The notes below the pieces were generated by a model. The model was not told the origin of the DNA. It saw nothing but the letters and a program-made list of their open reading frames with translations, and did no database searches. A DNA stretch of 64,000 nucleotides from Antedon mediterranea (taxonomy: Eukaryota > Animalia > Echinodermata), in assembly GCF_964355755.1 (NCBI RefSeq), contig NC_092680.1, forward strand, positions 2,480,001-2,544,000. Reading direction: 5' to 3'. Positions 15,001 through 28,769 of this stretch are shown piece after piece. Position 1 is the first letter of the stretch; each line of letters starts with the position of its first letter. Made by a program: the position numbers and the translations under genes.

Positions 15001-18000
15001 TCAAGTTTTCATTATGTTATCTCTCATCATACAGAAATCCAAGTTTATGAAACGTTATCAATATGAAAATATTATTTCACAGCGAAAGCAACAATCAAAT
15101 ATAAATTCAAAAACGTGCTTGACATCTGGAGAGGCAAAAACATGTTTTCGCTCGCAGCAATACAATGATAAAATCGGCACACATGATCTTAGAACAACTC
15201 ATTTTCTTGCTGCGGACACATTGATAAATTATTATTAGGCAGATAAGCAATGATTTCTAATACATTTTCAGAAGGCTATAAAGAATATCAGTAATAGAAT
15301 AAGAAGATGAAAGCGATTTTAGAAGTATTTCATTTAGTTGAAAATGCCAAAATGTAATATACATATTACGTCCCAAGGCTATGTCTGGACTGCAAGGCCA
15401 TAACGGAGTTGCCGCGTTTACTCATCTGTTTTTAAAGTAACAGCTTCGACATTGAAATTCTATCTTAACATATATAATAACAAAAACACTAGATCAACTC
15501 GTTTCTTACTTTGCTTTTAAACAACACAATTATTCTCCTCTATTGCTCAATACAAATGAAATTGTGTATTTGTATGCTGATTGATTTTAGTTTATAATTC
15601 TCTTTGGAATTTAAAATACAGATTGACAAAGTGGCTGGAGGTAACATATTAGGGAGGTGGAGCTGCTGGAGAATAATAAGAAACAGAGATTGTAACACAA
15701 AAAATGCCATTAGATATAGTACCTAGACAGTCACTGTTTTAAATCAACTGGCTACCTCTTATTTTTTCTTCTTTACTGGGTATTGTTTGTAAACTGAGAC
15801 ATTTTTGAGACAATGAAGCAAACACAAACATCCCTAGGGCTTCTAAACGCGACTTCAGATTGACTAGCAAGCTTCGCCAGTTGTGCCTCTTACCTGGCGA
15901 ATTATAGCTTGTTCGTGAGTTTGTTATTGGAGGTCAGGAATGGGGCTAGATTTGTATACTTTTTGGTCTCCTGGGATTTTGTAATGTAGTTTTTATTTGT
16001 GTTGATTCACTTTCAATTTTACGTGGTCTAAAAATGTGTCTCTATTTTAAAAAAGTGTACTCCTACAATGAAAGAAATAAATTTAGGCTCGCTAAACGAG
16101 TCACGAATGTTTTAAGTCATGAATAGAGTACAGCAGGTCTACAATATTCAGAAACTATAGAGGGCAGTTCATCTATTTTTGTACATTTTACATTTTTCTT
16201 TTTTAAGTTTTTCTTTCTCCATTCAATATTTATTATTTGTAATTGAAAAACACAAGTTAGTTTAAATATGCAAGTGAAAGTGAATTCAAGTAAAATACAT
16301 TGAGATATTATAGTAGCAAATAAAATACAAGGAAAAAAGATTAAAATTTAAAGAAAATTGTTAGTCAAATATTGTTATCAACTGTAATCTGACAACTATA
16401 AAATATACAATACTGCCATCTATGTTTCTGTAAGTTAAGAAAATTTGGTATTCAAGAGAAATATATCCCTCAATGGTATGGTTATTGTTGTTGAGTTTAC
16501 AGTATGATGAATTTATATTCTCTAGTTATATTTAGAAAGCCTTACATCTGATGTCAAACATGAATTAATACAAGGTACATCACACCAATTTTCTGAAGTA
16601 CCGGTACAGCAGCTATGTAAATTTGCAGTAAGTGAAAAGCGGCGATCACATTGATTCATAGTATAATTAATTTACATGCGAGCTTTGAATTAAATGTTTT
16701 GCAGGATGAATTTAATAATTAAAAACCACCCCCAGAACATGCAGCAACATTTCTAGCAAAAACGCGGCATCCTCTTAACAAATAACAATATGTCAAGAAC
16801 CAACCAAAACTTACAAGCTCTGTCTACACTATCAAACTAGTTTGACAAAAAAGTGTTGTGCCCAAATATGGTAGTGATATACCCAAATATGGTAGTGATA
16901 TGACATCATCATATCCATATATGGGCACATCACATTTTTTTTGTCACATAAAGTTTGATAGTGAAAACAGAGCTAAATAATTTGAAATAAATTAGTTGTA
17001 TTAAAAAGGCTCAACAAAAATCTGAAAAATAAGTGCCAAATAATATTAATATAGATTAGTTTTAGAAAAATATTAAATAATGCCAACATTGGTTTGCTTT
17101 GGTAAATTAATGTAAGGATTTAATCTAAAGGTACAGTATTCAACACAACACACTTATTTTAGCAGGTTAAGCTATAGCTTATTAAATAATTAATATTAAT
17201 TTGCATTATATCATTTTGCATAGCATAATTTCACACATTTCTACCTCAGCTTGTTGACGGTCAGAACTGGATAAATAGAAAATGCTCAAAGGGTGCTGTA
17301 AAGAAGTAATGAATATTATAGCTCAAATACATGCCTCTATGTTATATGCTACTTTCAAACACTGAGATCGACGTTCATTAGCAAAGGATATCTTCTTACC
17401 TTTGTCTTATTTACCTTTATATATTTTTATATACCGAATAAATAAAGAAATAAATAAAAATAAAATTTTTGTAAATTGTAATTTTATCAAATGTATGATG
17501 TAATTGTAAATGTTTTGTTTGTTTACTACAGTATATTTCTGTCAAGAAAAACAATTTTTCTATGTATACACCTTTTTATATATGAAACAAATAAAGATTT
17601 GATTTTATATTGAAAATATATTCTGGAATCTATTGATGTTTTGGTTTTATACATTATAAAGTCTTATTACAAGTAATAATACAAGTCGTTGTCATGCTAT
17701 GGTGTATTTTATTTACTACCTTTGGGGCTTTTTTTCAAGTGTCAAGTAGATAGTTGTTTTTGAATGGAATCAGTAGGCCTTGGAAGCAATAGTGACAGGA
17801 ATACTATATTTGTTACAATATGCTATTAATTTAGGCCAAGTTGATGGAGTTTGATATCCATTTTTTCCAGTTCATTATTTGGCTTACCTGGTTTTCTTTG
17901 TAATTCTTCATTCGGAAATTATAACCAAGCTGAGCATAAAAGTTGTTGCCAAAACCGAAGCATTTCCCTTCTTGAGTGACCAGCACAGTATGTCGACTGC

Positions 18001-21000
18001 CACATGCTAGGCTAGTTATCACATGTTCCTCCTCTAGTTTGACTTCTTGTGGGCTAGCACAGGACCCCTTATCCCCACAGCCAAGTCTGAAATTAAAGAA
18101 GCATATAACCTGTTTATATATCTTTTCTTTATGATTTCAACTTGAAACTCATTGAATGCATGAACTGAACAGCACCAGCCTATGGTTAACAGCATACAAG
18201 TAAAGCCTACATGCAGTAGTACTCCACACTACCAAGCCCAACAGAATACTGCCTAAACCTGGTCAAGCCTAATTTGCATAACAGTTTACCTGGAGTACTA
18301 GGTGATCTACAGTACAACTTCAACTTAAATTAATGTTATATGCTTTAATCAATCTATTATTGTTCTCTTGACTAAACCAAGCATGCTAGGCAAGAAGCCT
18401 AATTTGCATAACAGTTACCTGGAGCACCAGGTGATCTACAACTCAACTCCAACTTAATGTTATTTGCTTTAATCAATCTATTATTGTTCTCTTGACTAAA
18501 CCAAGCATGCAAGGCAAGCCTAATTTGCATAACAGTTACCTGGAGCACCAGGTGATCTACAACTCAACTCCAACTTAATGTTATTTGCTTTAATAAATCT
18601 ATTATTGTTCTCTTGACTAAACCAAGCATGCAAGGCAAGCCTAATTTGCATAACAGTTACCTGGAGCACCAGGTGATCTACAACTCAACTCCAACTTAAT
18701 GTTATTTGCTTTAATAAATCTATTATTGTTCTCTTGACTAAACCAAGCATGCAAGGCAAGCCTAATTTGCATAACAGTTACCCGGAGAACCTCTGTGCAC
18801 AATTATACCTTATGTGTACACTTACATATAGTGTACTACTATACTAGAGAAAAGATATTAGTTAAATTGTTGTTTTTTTGGAGTTTCTAATTGTGTTATA
18901 TTATTTATATTTTATTTGTTTTGTTTTGAGGAGCCTATTCACCACAAGCTTTGCTTTCTTTTAGGCTCCTCCACTTTATATTTATATATTTGTAAAGTGA
19001 AATAAATAAATAAATAAAATAAATAAATAAATAAATAAATTGATTTAAAAAAGCATAACCTAAAATTCGAAGCTAAAACTAAATTTTCTTTGCAAACTTT
19101 ATAATAGAAATAATTGTTTGATACAGAAAATCAATTTACATTATTTATTGAAAAATGAGGTCAATCAAATCAAACATAATGACGTATGTTACTGACGCAA
19201 TCTCTGAAAAGTCCTTTGTACTTTCGGCAATAATCAATTTTAGGTTAATATTCAATGACTTGAACGCTCATTACACTAATGACCTCTTTAGATTTTGTTA
19301 CGTTACGAATACTAAAATGAATTGGAATTTGTGTTTTTACATCTAACACAATTCTGATTTAAATATACAGTAAATTATTACCATGCAAAATAAATATCAA
19401 AATCTTCAGATATTTGGTAATTAGTGAGTAAAAATCTACCTCATACTAGTTAATAATTTCTCTGTAGTCAAGTAAATAAAGAAGATGCCTGAATAAAACT
19501 GTGATGGACATAATGTAACCATCAAGGGGAGAAGAATGTTATTGAAAAATATTGAATCTACAGTATTCTACTTTTAAGCACTCTGATTGCGGACTAGTCC
19601 ATTATGGTCCAAGAGTATCCTAGGAATTTAAACTTTTCGCATCTAAGCCCTCCCTCTGGAGAGCATGGGCTATTATCGGTTTATCCAGGTAAGCTAGGCA
19701 CGAAATAGACAGCATTATATTATTGACTTTCAAAGTACAGTTGTTTGTGTTTTAGGAGATTGGTTTATATAGTCTTTGGAAAACAATAACTTATGTACTA
19801 AATTATTGAAAAATATTAATATATTAATATTTAATAATTATTTTATGTACTAAATTATTCAATACAATAATTCAGTACATAAAAATAAATTACAACATTT
19901 TCAGTAGAGCACATAATATTCTTACAAACTTGTTTCATAGAATTTATATATTAGTAGAAGATCAATTCTAAATTACTTTAAATTGAATTTGTTTAGATTG
20001 CTACAGAACATTTCTTAAAATAACTTCCTGATTGTAAATATCTTCTTTGAATTTATACTTACTGACCACTACTGCCGTTACCCCAGGCAAACACTTGATT
20101 AGACTCTGAAAAAAATATGCAATTCACATATAGTTTATAGTTCATGATTTTGTTTTTCAAAATAGTATTTTACATAATAGAAAAATAGTAGCATTTATAC
20201 TTTTGAATCACTATAATAATTGGGGGAAAAAATACATACAGTACTGCAGTTATACAAACTATACAAATGAAGAAGTGACAAATGTTTTCTTATTTTTTTT
20301 TTTTTATGATTTGCCATAAACCTATTCTTTTTAAATTATGGGCTTGTTTAATTGTTATTGTAAATATGTGGAAATTCAATTGTAAAAAAACAGCAAACAT
20401 AGAAATGAAAAAGTCTTGAAAATTGTTTTGTCATAAGAAAAATCATGGTAGCAGAAAATATTCAACCATCAATCCAAGCCTACAACCATCAATCCAAGCC
20501 TACAACCATCAATCCAAGCCTACAACCATCAATCCAAGCCTACAACCATCAATCCAAGCCTACAACCATCAATCCAAGCCTACAACCATCAATCCAAGCC
20601 TACAACCATCAATCCAAGCCTACAACCATCAATCCAAGCCTACAACCATCAATCCAAGCCTACAACCATCAATCCAAGCCTACAACCATCAATCCAAGCC
20701 TACAACCATCAATCCAAGCCTACAACCATCAATCCAAGCCTACAACCATCAATCCAAGCCTACAACCATCAATCCAAGCCTACAACCATCAATCCAAGCC
20801 TACAACCATCAATCCAAGCCTACAACCATCAATCCAAGCCTACAACCACCAATCCAAGCCTACAACCATCAATCCAAGCCTACAACCATCAATCCAAGCC
20901 TACAACCATCAATCCAAACCTACAATTCTATACTCAACCTACAACTTCACATTCAACCTACAACTCCACTTCATTCTTCAATTTTAAATATAATGTTTTA

Positions 21001-21591
21001 TTACCTGTTACCACAACTGTATGGCTTGATCCACAAGCCATCATCTTCACTCTATCATAACATCCATGATAAGAAAAGTTTGCTAGAGTAGCACCAATGC
21101 CTATATCCTTGCCATCTTCCCTGCCATTCTGACCAAACTCTCCACATCCCCAGCAGAGAAACTCATGCTTTTCTACTTGCAAGGTACGAATATGTGGTTG
21201 CTTACTGCTAGGAGGTAAAGGACTGGTCAAGTCTTGACCAGTTCTTGTGTTTACTTCTTTTTTAGTGCTTTTACTAATTTCTGTTAATGGAGGACCAATC
21301 TCAGTTGAAATATGGTTACTTTCCATTTGGATCCTTTTTAGGTCAGCTTGAATGAATTTCAACTTCTCTTGAGTAGAATTGACTTTATGAGAAAGACCTT
21401 CTATTTTATCTGGTGTTGTTTTGACTTTATCTGGTGTTGTTTTGACTTTATCTGGTGACACTTTGACTTTATCTGGTGATGCTTTGACTTTATCTGGTGA
21501 TGCTTCCACAACCTCAACAGAATGTCTGACTTTAGAATTCAGGCTTGCTGTGCTCTTCTGTTAGTAGCTCTTTCTTAATTTCTACATCCAT
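6069..21591 (-). CDS. RCC1-repeat (RLD beta-propeller) protein, partial multi-exon gene
   Basis: Phase-compatible GT/AG exons: ~21591/21509-21005, 20105-20063, 18086-17888, 10114-10005, 7138-7014, 6212-6069. The joined translation shows repeated RCC1 motifs (MACGSSHTVVVTESNQVFAWGNGSSGQLG; LACGSRHTVLVTQEGKCFGFGNNFYAQLG; VACGEKHTLFL..GQIAVCGQNSYGQLGTG; IACGAGHSIATT..GELYVWGNG; VAAGSGHSLALT). The last exon ends at a donor, so the gene continues leftward. The start codon is uncertain. Confidence 0.9.
6248..6873. mobile_element. Kolobok-like non-autonomous DNA transposon, 626 bp, in RCC1-gene intron
   Basis: TTAA|AGACCCCTTCCCT...AGGGAATGGGGCT|TTAA, i.e. inverted termini starting AG with a TTAA duplication. 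The CpG-rich interior differs from the flanks. Confidence 0.78.
7285..7535 (-). repeat. Two tandem degenerate tRNA/SINE-like units
   Basis: CAAGACTCCAGTG...CATATTCCAGGATTT..CCAGGA..AAGGATTAGTAAA..CATGTTAACCACCA occurs twice. The minus strand of the second unit reads a B-box-like GGTTCAAATCC. Confidence 0.5.
8422..8698. repeat. 38/46-bp minisatellite (AGTCTGTGCTGATGGCTAGGGTTAAATTCTATAGACCAC)
   Basis: About 6.5 visible tandem copies, which explain the repetitive ORF 8395-8715. Confidence 0.95.
10135..10420 (-). mobile_element. tRNA-derived SINE with Meta/CORE-like central domain
   Basis: On the minus strand: GGTGTGGCGCAGTG head, GGTTCGAATCC B box, CCTCTCTCCACCCAGGTGTATAAAATAGGTACC central motif and an L2/CR1-like tail. 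A truncated second copy is at 37335-37530. Confidence 0.8.
11491..12024. repeat. 30-bp minisatellite (TATAATAATACATTAAACTATAGAGGGCAC)
   Basis: About 18 tandem copies, two with 3-bp deletions. Explains the SALYSLMYYY ORF. Confidence 0.97.
12609..12744. mobile_element. Harbinger/Tourist-like hairpin MITE, family A (left end eroded)
   Basis: Ends in AGTTTGATAGTGTAGACAGAGCT|TAA and the interior matches other family A copies. Confidence 0.8.
16816..16974. mobile_element. Harbinger/Tourist-like hairpin MITE, family A
   Basis: TIR AGCTCTGTCTACACTATCAAACT at the left and its slightly degenerate inverse at the right, with a near-palindromic interior. Confidence 0.85.
18265..18788. repeat. 121-bp tandem repeat, about 4.3 copies
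   Basis: The unit AAGCCTAATTTGCATAACAGTTACCTGGAGCACCAGGTGATCTAC... recurs at roughly 121-bp spacing. Confidence 0.95.
20463..20925. repeat. 20-bp minisatellite (TACAACCATCAATCCAAGCC)
   Basis: About 23 nearly perfect copies in the intron just downstream of the first RCC1 coding exon. Confidence 0.98.
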
Positions 21592-22401
21592 TGGACCAAA
21601 TTGCATGTGTCAGCGGAATTCAAAAGAAAATTAATTCTCTAGATTCTTCAAGCCGAAAGAAAAAAAGCTAAAGTAATAAAATCACAATAAACATTGTTAA
21701 TGCTATCATTTCCGATAGAATATAATGTTTACAAATGTCACGAAATTATGTCTTTGGCTGCAAAAATGCTAAAGTCCATGTCAGACGTGACTATAAATTC
21801 AAACACTTACCAAATAAAACACACCGTAGAGAAGCAACGGATCATACAGTTTAAGCACTTGTTTTCAATTTTACAATACAATAAAACGACAAAATCTCGC
21901 TGCCTTTATTGATGAAAATTTTCTATGAAAAAAAAAGAGATATCCTAAAGCTGCTTATGATTGAAATTGAAGCATTGAGATGGTTAGCAAACATTGGATA
22001 ATAACTCAACCCAAACTACTGGATCAATAAGACAGTATTGCTTACTAATACGGCAATTAAATACATCAATATACACTGAAGAATAGCTATTGAAATTACC
22101 TTTTACAGAAACAGTTGCTCATAAATTGTTAAACACTTACCAGTTCTTCATATTAAAAAGAAACTCTAAATCAGGATCTTAGCAAAAGAATTTCCTCATG
22201 TTTTAATCACATCAGTTTTAAACATAACACGCTATAAATAATATAAAGAAAAACATTTATTTTTTTAATTAATTGAATTTGGTTTGTTTGAATTATCAAA
22301 TAATACATTTATATTGGAATTGTAATAGAATTCTAATGTTTCTAATTTTAATTAAATGTTTATTGAAGATGAGAATTTGCACATTTGGTAGACAATTTTA
22401 A

Positions 22402-22716
22402 AGATATATTGAATATGCCGTTTTAATGTCACATAATACTTAATAGTTATTCACTTTGATAAAAAATTAGATAAAAAAAAAAATGATTTTCTGGGGGAAA
22501 AAAATGTAATTTAAAGCAAAAAATACCTAAATTGTCTGTCAGACCATAGTTTTTGGTTAAAATTAGTCATTTCTTTTATAAGTGAAATATTTATTTTTGT
22601 TGACTTCTTTGTTCTACACAAGTGAATAGGCTATCTTTATTAAAACTGCAAAATAACCTATTCAAAATCGGATTTTATTTAACATTATTTTTCATATTTT
22701 GGGGGACAATACATTT
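22402..22716. mobile_element. Kolobok-like MITE (same family as 3777-4083)
   Basis: TTAA|AGATATATTG...GGGGACAATACATTT|TTAA, with the shared interior TTTTAATGTCACATAATA and AATGTAATTTAAAGCAAAAAATA. Confidence 0.7.
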
Positions 22717-25696
22717 TTAAACTTTTTAAACTGTACGCATTATGGATATCAAAATGGACAGAATTGTACTGGGAAGGTTTTGAACTAAATTTTAAAAAAA
22801 ACTGGGGTAGGTGGTTAGTTTAATTAGGTAATTATCTAATATTACAGGAGTATTGGGTATGCATCTGAAATGCTAAAATTCTAATACAGGTATTTCAAAA
22901 ATAAATTAAGTTTATGGAAGATGAGAATTTGCACGTTTTTTTATATGATTTGAAACTTTTTAAACTGTACGCATTATATTATGGATATCAAAATGACCAG
23001 AATTGTCTGGGAAGGTTTTGAACTAAATTTAAAAATCTTTGTAGAAGTCATGGATACCTGCTCTAGGCATGGAGGTAAACACACATACTGTATGTTTTAA
23101 CTCCATGCTCTAGGTGGTAGTTTAATTGGGTAGTTATCCAATATTCCAGGAGTATTGGGTAGATAGATAGAAATCATTCTTTATTCTGAATATTCATTCA
23201 ATATTTGTACATTGTTCTTCCTTGAAGTCCAGTTAACACTTACAAATTACAAATATAAAAAATCAAAATGGAAAATACAATATCACAAGAAACAAGAGAA
23301 GAAGCAGTTAGATCAAATTTTTAAACGATTGATATGAAATGCTAAAATGATATAACATAAATTAAATGTTATTTAATTATAAAATGAAATGTTATCTTTA
23401 AATTTATAAAATAATAGATAATACATAAGTATAAAAATGGTCCTAAAATCAAGTGTGTATACTCTATTAATCCAATAAACTCTTGCTTTAATGCATATTC
23501 AGAGTGAATGACTGGTAAAGATTATTTCTATTTATAGCAATTTCAAAGTAATAATCATCTATTGTGTCGTAAACAAATATTGGAATACTGTACAATGTTT
23601 GTGCAAACATTAAGCATGCTTTGTTTACATTTGCCGAGACTTCAACAGGCCAAGGTGGATTTGATAATGTTCATGAACCATGAATCAAAGATAAATGTAA
23701 ATACAAGATGTCCTTTTGTGAAGACCTATGACCTAGAACATGTTAATTATTAAATTTATTTTGCACATACATTTGAGTTTGATCAAGTAGTAGTCAGAGT
23801 CAATTTGATTGATTCTAGATTCAGGATACTGCTTAACTTCCAAATAAATTAACATTTAAACAAAATGAAGTCAATTCAATTACGTCGTTGCAATAATAGT
23901 TGAAAATATGGTGAGACGAATATTATGTGGGACACATGTCTGAATACCATCAACAACACTATACATCTTTTCTTTCTTTCTTTCGTTTATTTACCCACAA
24001 ATATAAACTATAAACATGGTAAAAATAACATAAATAAACATAATACAAAAAATAGTAAACTAAAGGTGAGGAAGGAGCTTCGATCTGTCTCCTCCTTTTA
24101 AGAGGTGGAAAAGGGGGCTATAAAATGCTTCCAAGGAGGACCCCAAACCCCATAATCCCCATGACTACCCACAACCTACTTGCTCAGTAATATCGTCTGA
24201 AGCTATATTTAGGCATGGCAGCAGTTTACACAAAACAAACGCCCCAACATATAATTATTTCTAGGTCAGCACAAAAGGTTAAATATCCTAAAGTAAAATT
24301 AATTATTAAAAACTGGCTTATAAATGAGAAAGATAGTCAACAATTCGTTTCACACTATATGACTAAACTAAGTGAATTTATTACCTAGATACGTGAGGTA
24401 GACAATATAACCATACACAGGTAAAGTAGCAAAGGCAATAATGTCAACCGTATAGTATAACTATAATAATAATTAAAGATAATGTGTAACAGATAAAATA
24501 TAGTTGATAACTGTCTGTACTGTATCAGTTGAATTGCTTTAGTTTACTTATATAGTAATTTTTTCCATACAAATTACTTGTCAGGTATTCCATTCATGGA
24601 ACTAATTTGTCTGCTATTTACCAGATGATTTATGTCAAATTTAATAACTTAATTTAAATTTCATTTTAATAGTATATCGACTTTTCAAAGTCAATGGAAG
24701 GTTAGTTCAAATTTAGTAATTTTTTTTCTATTTTTTTGTTTTTATTTACAGTTAGTTTATGGACTTAAACACCCAAAGGTGTTGAAAAAACTAGAAAAAT
24801 GAAGATATTATACTATAAAAGATGGTTTCCAACATGATAATACCCTAAAGTCATTTAAACCAATCACATACTGGGCAGGTATGGCAACTAAACCATGTAA
24901 AAAGCAGAATGCACAAATAAATGGTACCGTAATTTATTTTTCTAAGTTAAAGAATTGCAACTGTACTAACAATATCGCCACTCAGAAAAACAAAACAATA
25001 GCCCCAAACAAGGATAAACAGTAAGGTAGAAACGAGAAAATATAGTTTGCTCTCTAGATTTGTCTAAACAAAAAATTGAGGAAAACTTTAATACAATATT
25101 TAAGTCATTCAATCCTTGTATGAAGCAATCATGTATTAAAAATAAACATACGTAAGGTGGTCAGAAAAAACTTCTTCTGTTTTCTGATTATCCACTGTTT
25201 GAATAATCTCAAAGCTTTGGTAAATAATTAGAAAGTATACATTACTGAGTGTTATTGATTCAACATGTTTTCCTGAGGCAGAACTACTTCCGACAAACGA
25301 AGAGCTAAACAAAAAAAAACTTAATATACTAAAGTATGGTTCATATTTAATAAAAAACAAAATAGGAATTAGAAACAATTTCAAATCCAGCTGCCTCGCT
25401 TTTTAATACTATTATATAATAATTACGTGGAAAAATCTTTAAACAGTAAATAGCTTCATTCTTAATAGTTTACATAAATATGGATTCACATGAGCATAGA
25501 AATTAAGGCAATTAAATGTTCCTATGACGTAAACTAAAAATGCCAAAGGCTAACCACAGCCTTTACAGTATGAACAAATTGTGTGAATGTAAGTAAACTG
25601 ATGTTAAAATCTGTAATAGCACTATAGTAATACCAGTTAACAAATAAAAAAAATTTTTTTTACATATTTAGTATAGAAATTACATATTTTTGTTAA

Positions 25697-26029
25697 AGAT
25701 AATTGTCCCCCTAAACATTTTTTTTTGTGGAATACCTATGCCAATGTAATTTTAATGTCACATAATAGTTATTCACTTTGACCAAAAACTGGATCGGAAG
25801 CAAATTATTTTCCTGAAAAAAAAAATGCAATTTACTAAGCAAAAAATACCTAAATTTTCTGTCAGACAATGGTTTTTGGTTAAAATTAACTGTTTCTATT
25901 TTTTTTTATAAGTAAAATAATTACTTTTTTCTATAGAATTGAATAAATTTATTAAAGCTTCAAATTGGCCTATTCAAAATCTGATTTTATTAATCTTTAT
26001 TTTTCATGTTTATGGGGGACAATACATCT
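25697..26029. mobile_element. Kolobok-like MITE (same family as 3777-4083)
   Basis: TTAA|AGATAATTGTCCCC...GGGGACAATACATCT, and the interior aligns with 22402-22716. Confidence 0.72.
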
Positions 26030-28089
26030 TTTGAAAGGAGGAGTACAGACAAGATTAGGTTTTTTCTACAATATAAAGAATTTAGCAAGGAAATTGATAA
26101 TATCCTTACATTTTTTCTAGGCTATTTAGTTAGAAGTTCAAGAAAATCCATAAACCATTGTGATGACATGCTTTCCTTAAAGGAAAATTAATTTCCATTT
26201 GAAGCTCAGTTATTGACTAAGATGGTTTATTATCTGGTCATTGTAGTATGAATAATAATAATAAATATTTATCGTACTATTGAGGAAAAATTTCTTAAAA
26301 AATAAATAAAAATGGAAATTTGCAATTGGACACTGTTGTGAATATTAAGCAAGCAAATATACACATGGCATTCTCTTAACAAATGTTTCCATCATAAAGC
26401 ATTTCACTGTAAATGATCCAGTCCTCCCAATGTATATTAGCGGGAGTAGGAGAGGATTTGGAATATCAGGGATGTCAAACCAGTCATTCTGATTCTTTGA
26501 TCTTGGTAAATCTCTATTGCAGCTCAAACGAAGCTACTGGGTGCAGGTGAACCTAATAAACAGCATGCTCCCATAACTGTTATTTTAGTTTAAATGGTAA
26601 GTTTAGGCGGTGTGTGCCTTATTAACCCCATGTCTACAACGAATCTAATCGGTTTTTAAGTGTGTTGGTAGTTTCAGAAATGACGACTACAGTTGGAAAA
26701 CTATTTCAAAATATAATAATTACTCGCTGTGAAAAAGTGAATCTCTTACAGTTCAGTCGTGCAATTTAGATTTGAAAGTCTAAGGTAATGTTCTCCTGTA
26801 TTTCTGCTTACATTGTAATTAACATCAACAGTTCTTATCCGAGAAACCACCAGAACTATGGTCGAGCAGAGACTTGTTTGAACCTGTGAAAATATTATTA
26901 CAGTACTTTGGTTTGCGGCGCCCTGCCTTAACCGCTCGGCAACTCAACTTGACTGATTGGTCAGTTAAAATGTTTTTCTTTTAATGTTTAGAGAGATTAT
27001 TTAGAGGGTTATGTTAATTTATAATTAGGAAAGTTTTTTAAATTAGTGATAACCATTATCAACTTGCACTCTAATTATCACCATTATATAATACACAGAT
27101 ATATATAGGGCTAAAGACAACGACGAGGTGTGTTATAATAGTAATACTGTACAGTTAATACCGAATATCCACTTCTGCCTCATCATCATGCACATGGTCA
27201 AGAAACGGATTACGGTCGAAGCGGCAGCCAACCAAAGAGGCCACTAGTTCAATAACGGTAATCTGTATGGAGCGCTTTAATTGTCATTATTTTGTAATCT
27301 TTGATTGTCATTGTTTGGACAGGTTTTCTTTACCGTGGACGTAAATAACAATCTATAGTACATTATTACGTAATTTATTCTCTTTTTTAACAAATTGAAT
27401 GTGATACGTTCTTTTAAACGAAATGGCGAATCAATGATTACTTATTTGAACTGTTCTAAATGATATATATATGTTTAATAAAGTCAATAAAATACATTGT
27501 GGTGTTTGTATTGTATATCAATAATATAATAAGCAAATTATTAAGAATTATTTATATTTTTTCAATAAAGTATATCAAAATATATATATTTTGTTATTGT
27601 ATATTAATTAATTTGTAAAGTAAACTGGAAATAGTAGTGTTCACAATCATAGTTTAATTACAATTTATTTATTTAATATTCTACTTTATTTTATACCTTC
27701 AGATATATAAATATTTATCAATTTAAAATGAGTTTTAAATACTAAAATAAAAAGATGCAAGTGTATGTATGGTACGGTAATCAATTACGCGAATTTCTTT
27801 TAATAACTCGACTGGTGGCCAGCAATAGTGCTGAAGAATGTGCGCGTTCCTCTGGCGTATAAACGTAAATGTTTAACGCACCCTATTACTAATAATAAAA
27901 ACCAAGATTCTATAATCCCTCTATAGTATTAGTACAGTATGTAAATGAGATATAAATATTCGGCAATACCGTACGTAAATTAAAATTAAATTATTATTGC
28001 AATACTGTATAAAGATTCAATAGTATGTACACAAGATATAAATATTCGGCAATACTGTACGTAAATTATTAATGCAATACTGTATATAA

Positions 28090-28464
28090 AGCCGATTTTC
28101 CACTAGGCGAATTTGTTCGCGCGAATCAAACGTTTCGAAGAGAAAAAAATCGCCTACTCTCTTTCCACTACATGAGCGAATAGCTGCGACGTTCATGTTC
28201 CTCGCGTGGTTGCTGAGCATTTCGATTCGCATGAGTGCTCATGAAAGCGTCATAGCTCATTTCCTGAGCTCTGATTGGTTGCGCAATATTTCGCTTCGCA
28301 AAAAGTAGAAACAATTCAAACTAGTAAATTTCGCTGAAGCGAAAAATCAAAGGAACTAGAATTCGTCGAAGAAGGCAGTATGACAGACAGAAACGCGAAT
28401 ACGCATGTGCATAGCATGACGCTTTTGATTCGCGTGAACAAATTTGCCTAGTGGAAAATCGGCT
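28090..28464. mobile_element. Harbinger-like MITE, family B, with perfect TAA duplication
   Basis: TAA|AGCCGATTTTCCACTAGGCGAATTTGTTCGCGCGAATCAAA...TTTGATTCGCGTGAACAAATTTGCCTAGTGGAAAATCGGCT|TAA. It is inserted into a degenerate AT-rich tandem repeat (GCAATACTGTA) spanning about 27940-28550. Confidence 0.9.
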
Positions 28465-28769
28465 TAAAGATTTGATATTACGTAAATGATATAAAGATTT
28501 GGCAATACTGTACATAAATTATTAATGCAATACTGTATATTGATTCAATAGAAGAGTGCTCTCTAAATTATTAATGATTCGATAGTATGTAAATATATTT
28601 CGATAGCATGTAAGTTAATATTAAAATACAAATAAAATATACATTGATTTATCGGCAGGCAAACTTAATTATTTAATAGAAATATAAAGATTCGATAGTA
28701 CATGATTTGGCTTATATTTATTTAATTTTTTCTATTTTTGACCATACCGGTACTCCTTTTATTACTTTA

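Noticed and set aside
20423-21091. 222-aa and 180-aa repetitive plus-strand ORFs
   Set aside because: Stop-free readings of a 20-bp minisatellite, antisense to the RCC1 gene.
26345-26572. Exon-like segment and 60-aa ORF upstream of the RCC1 coding region
   Set aside because: All three frames from the candidate acceptor at about 26572 stop within 13 codons. At most a UTR or non-coding exon.
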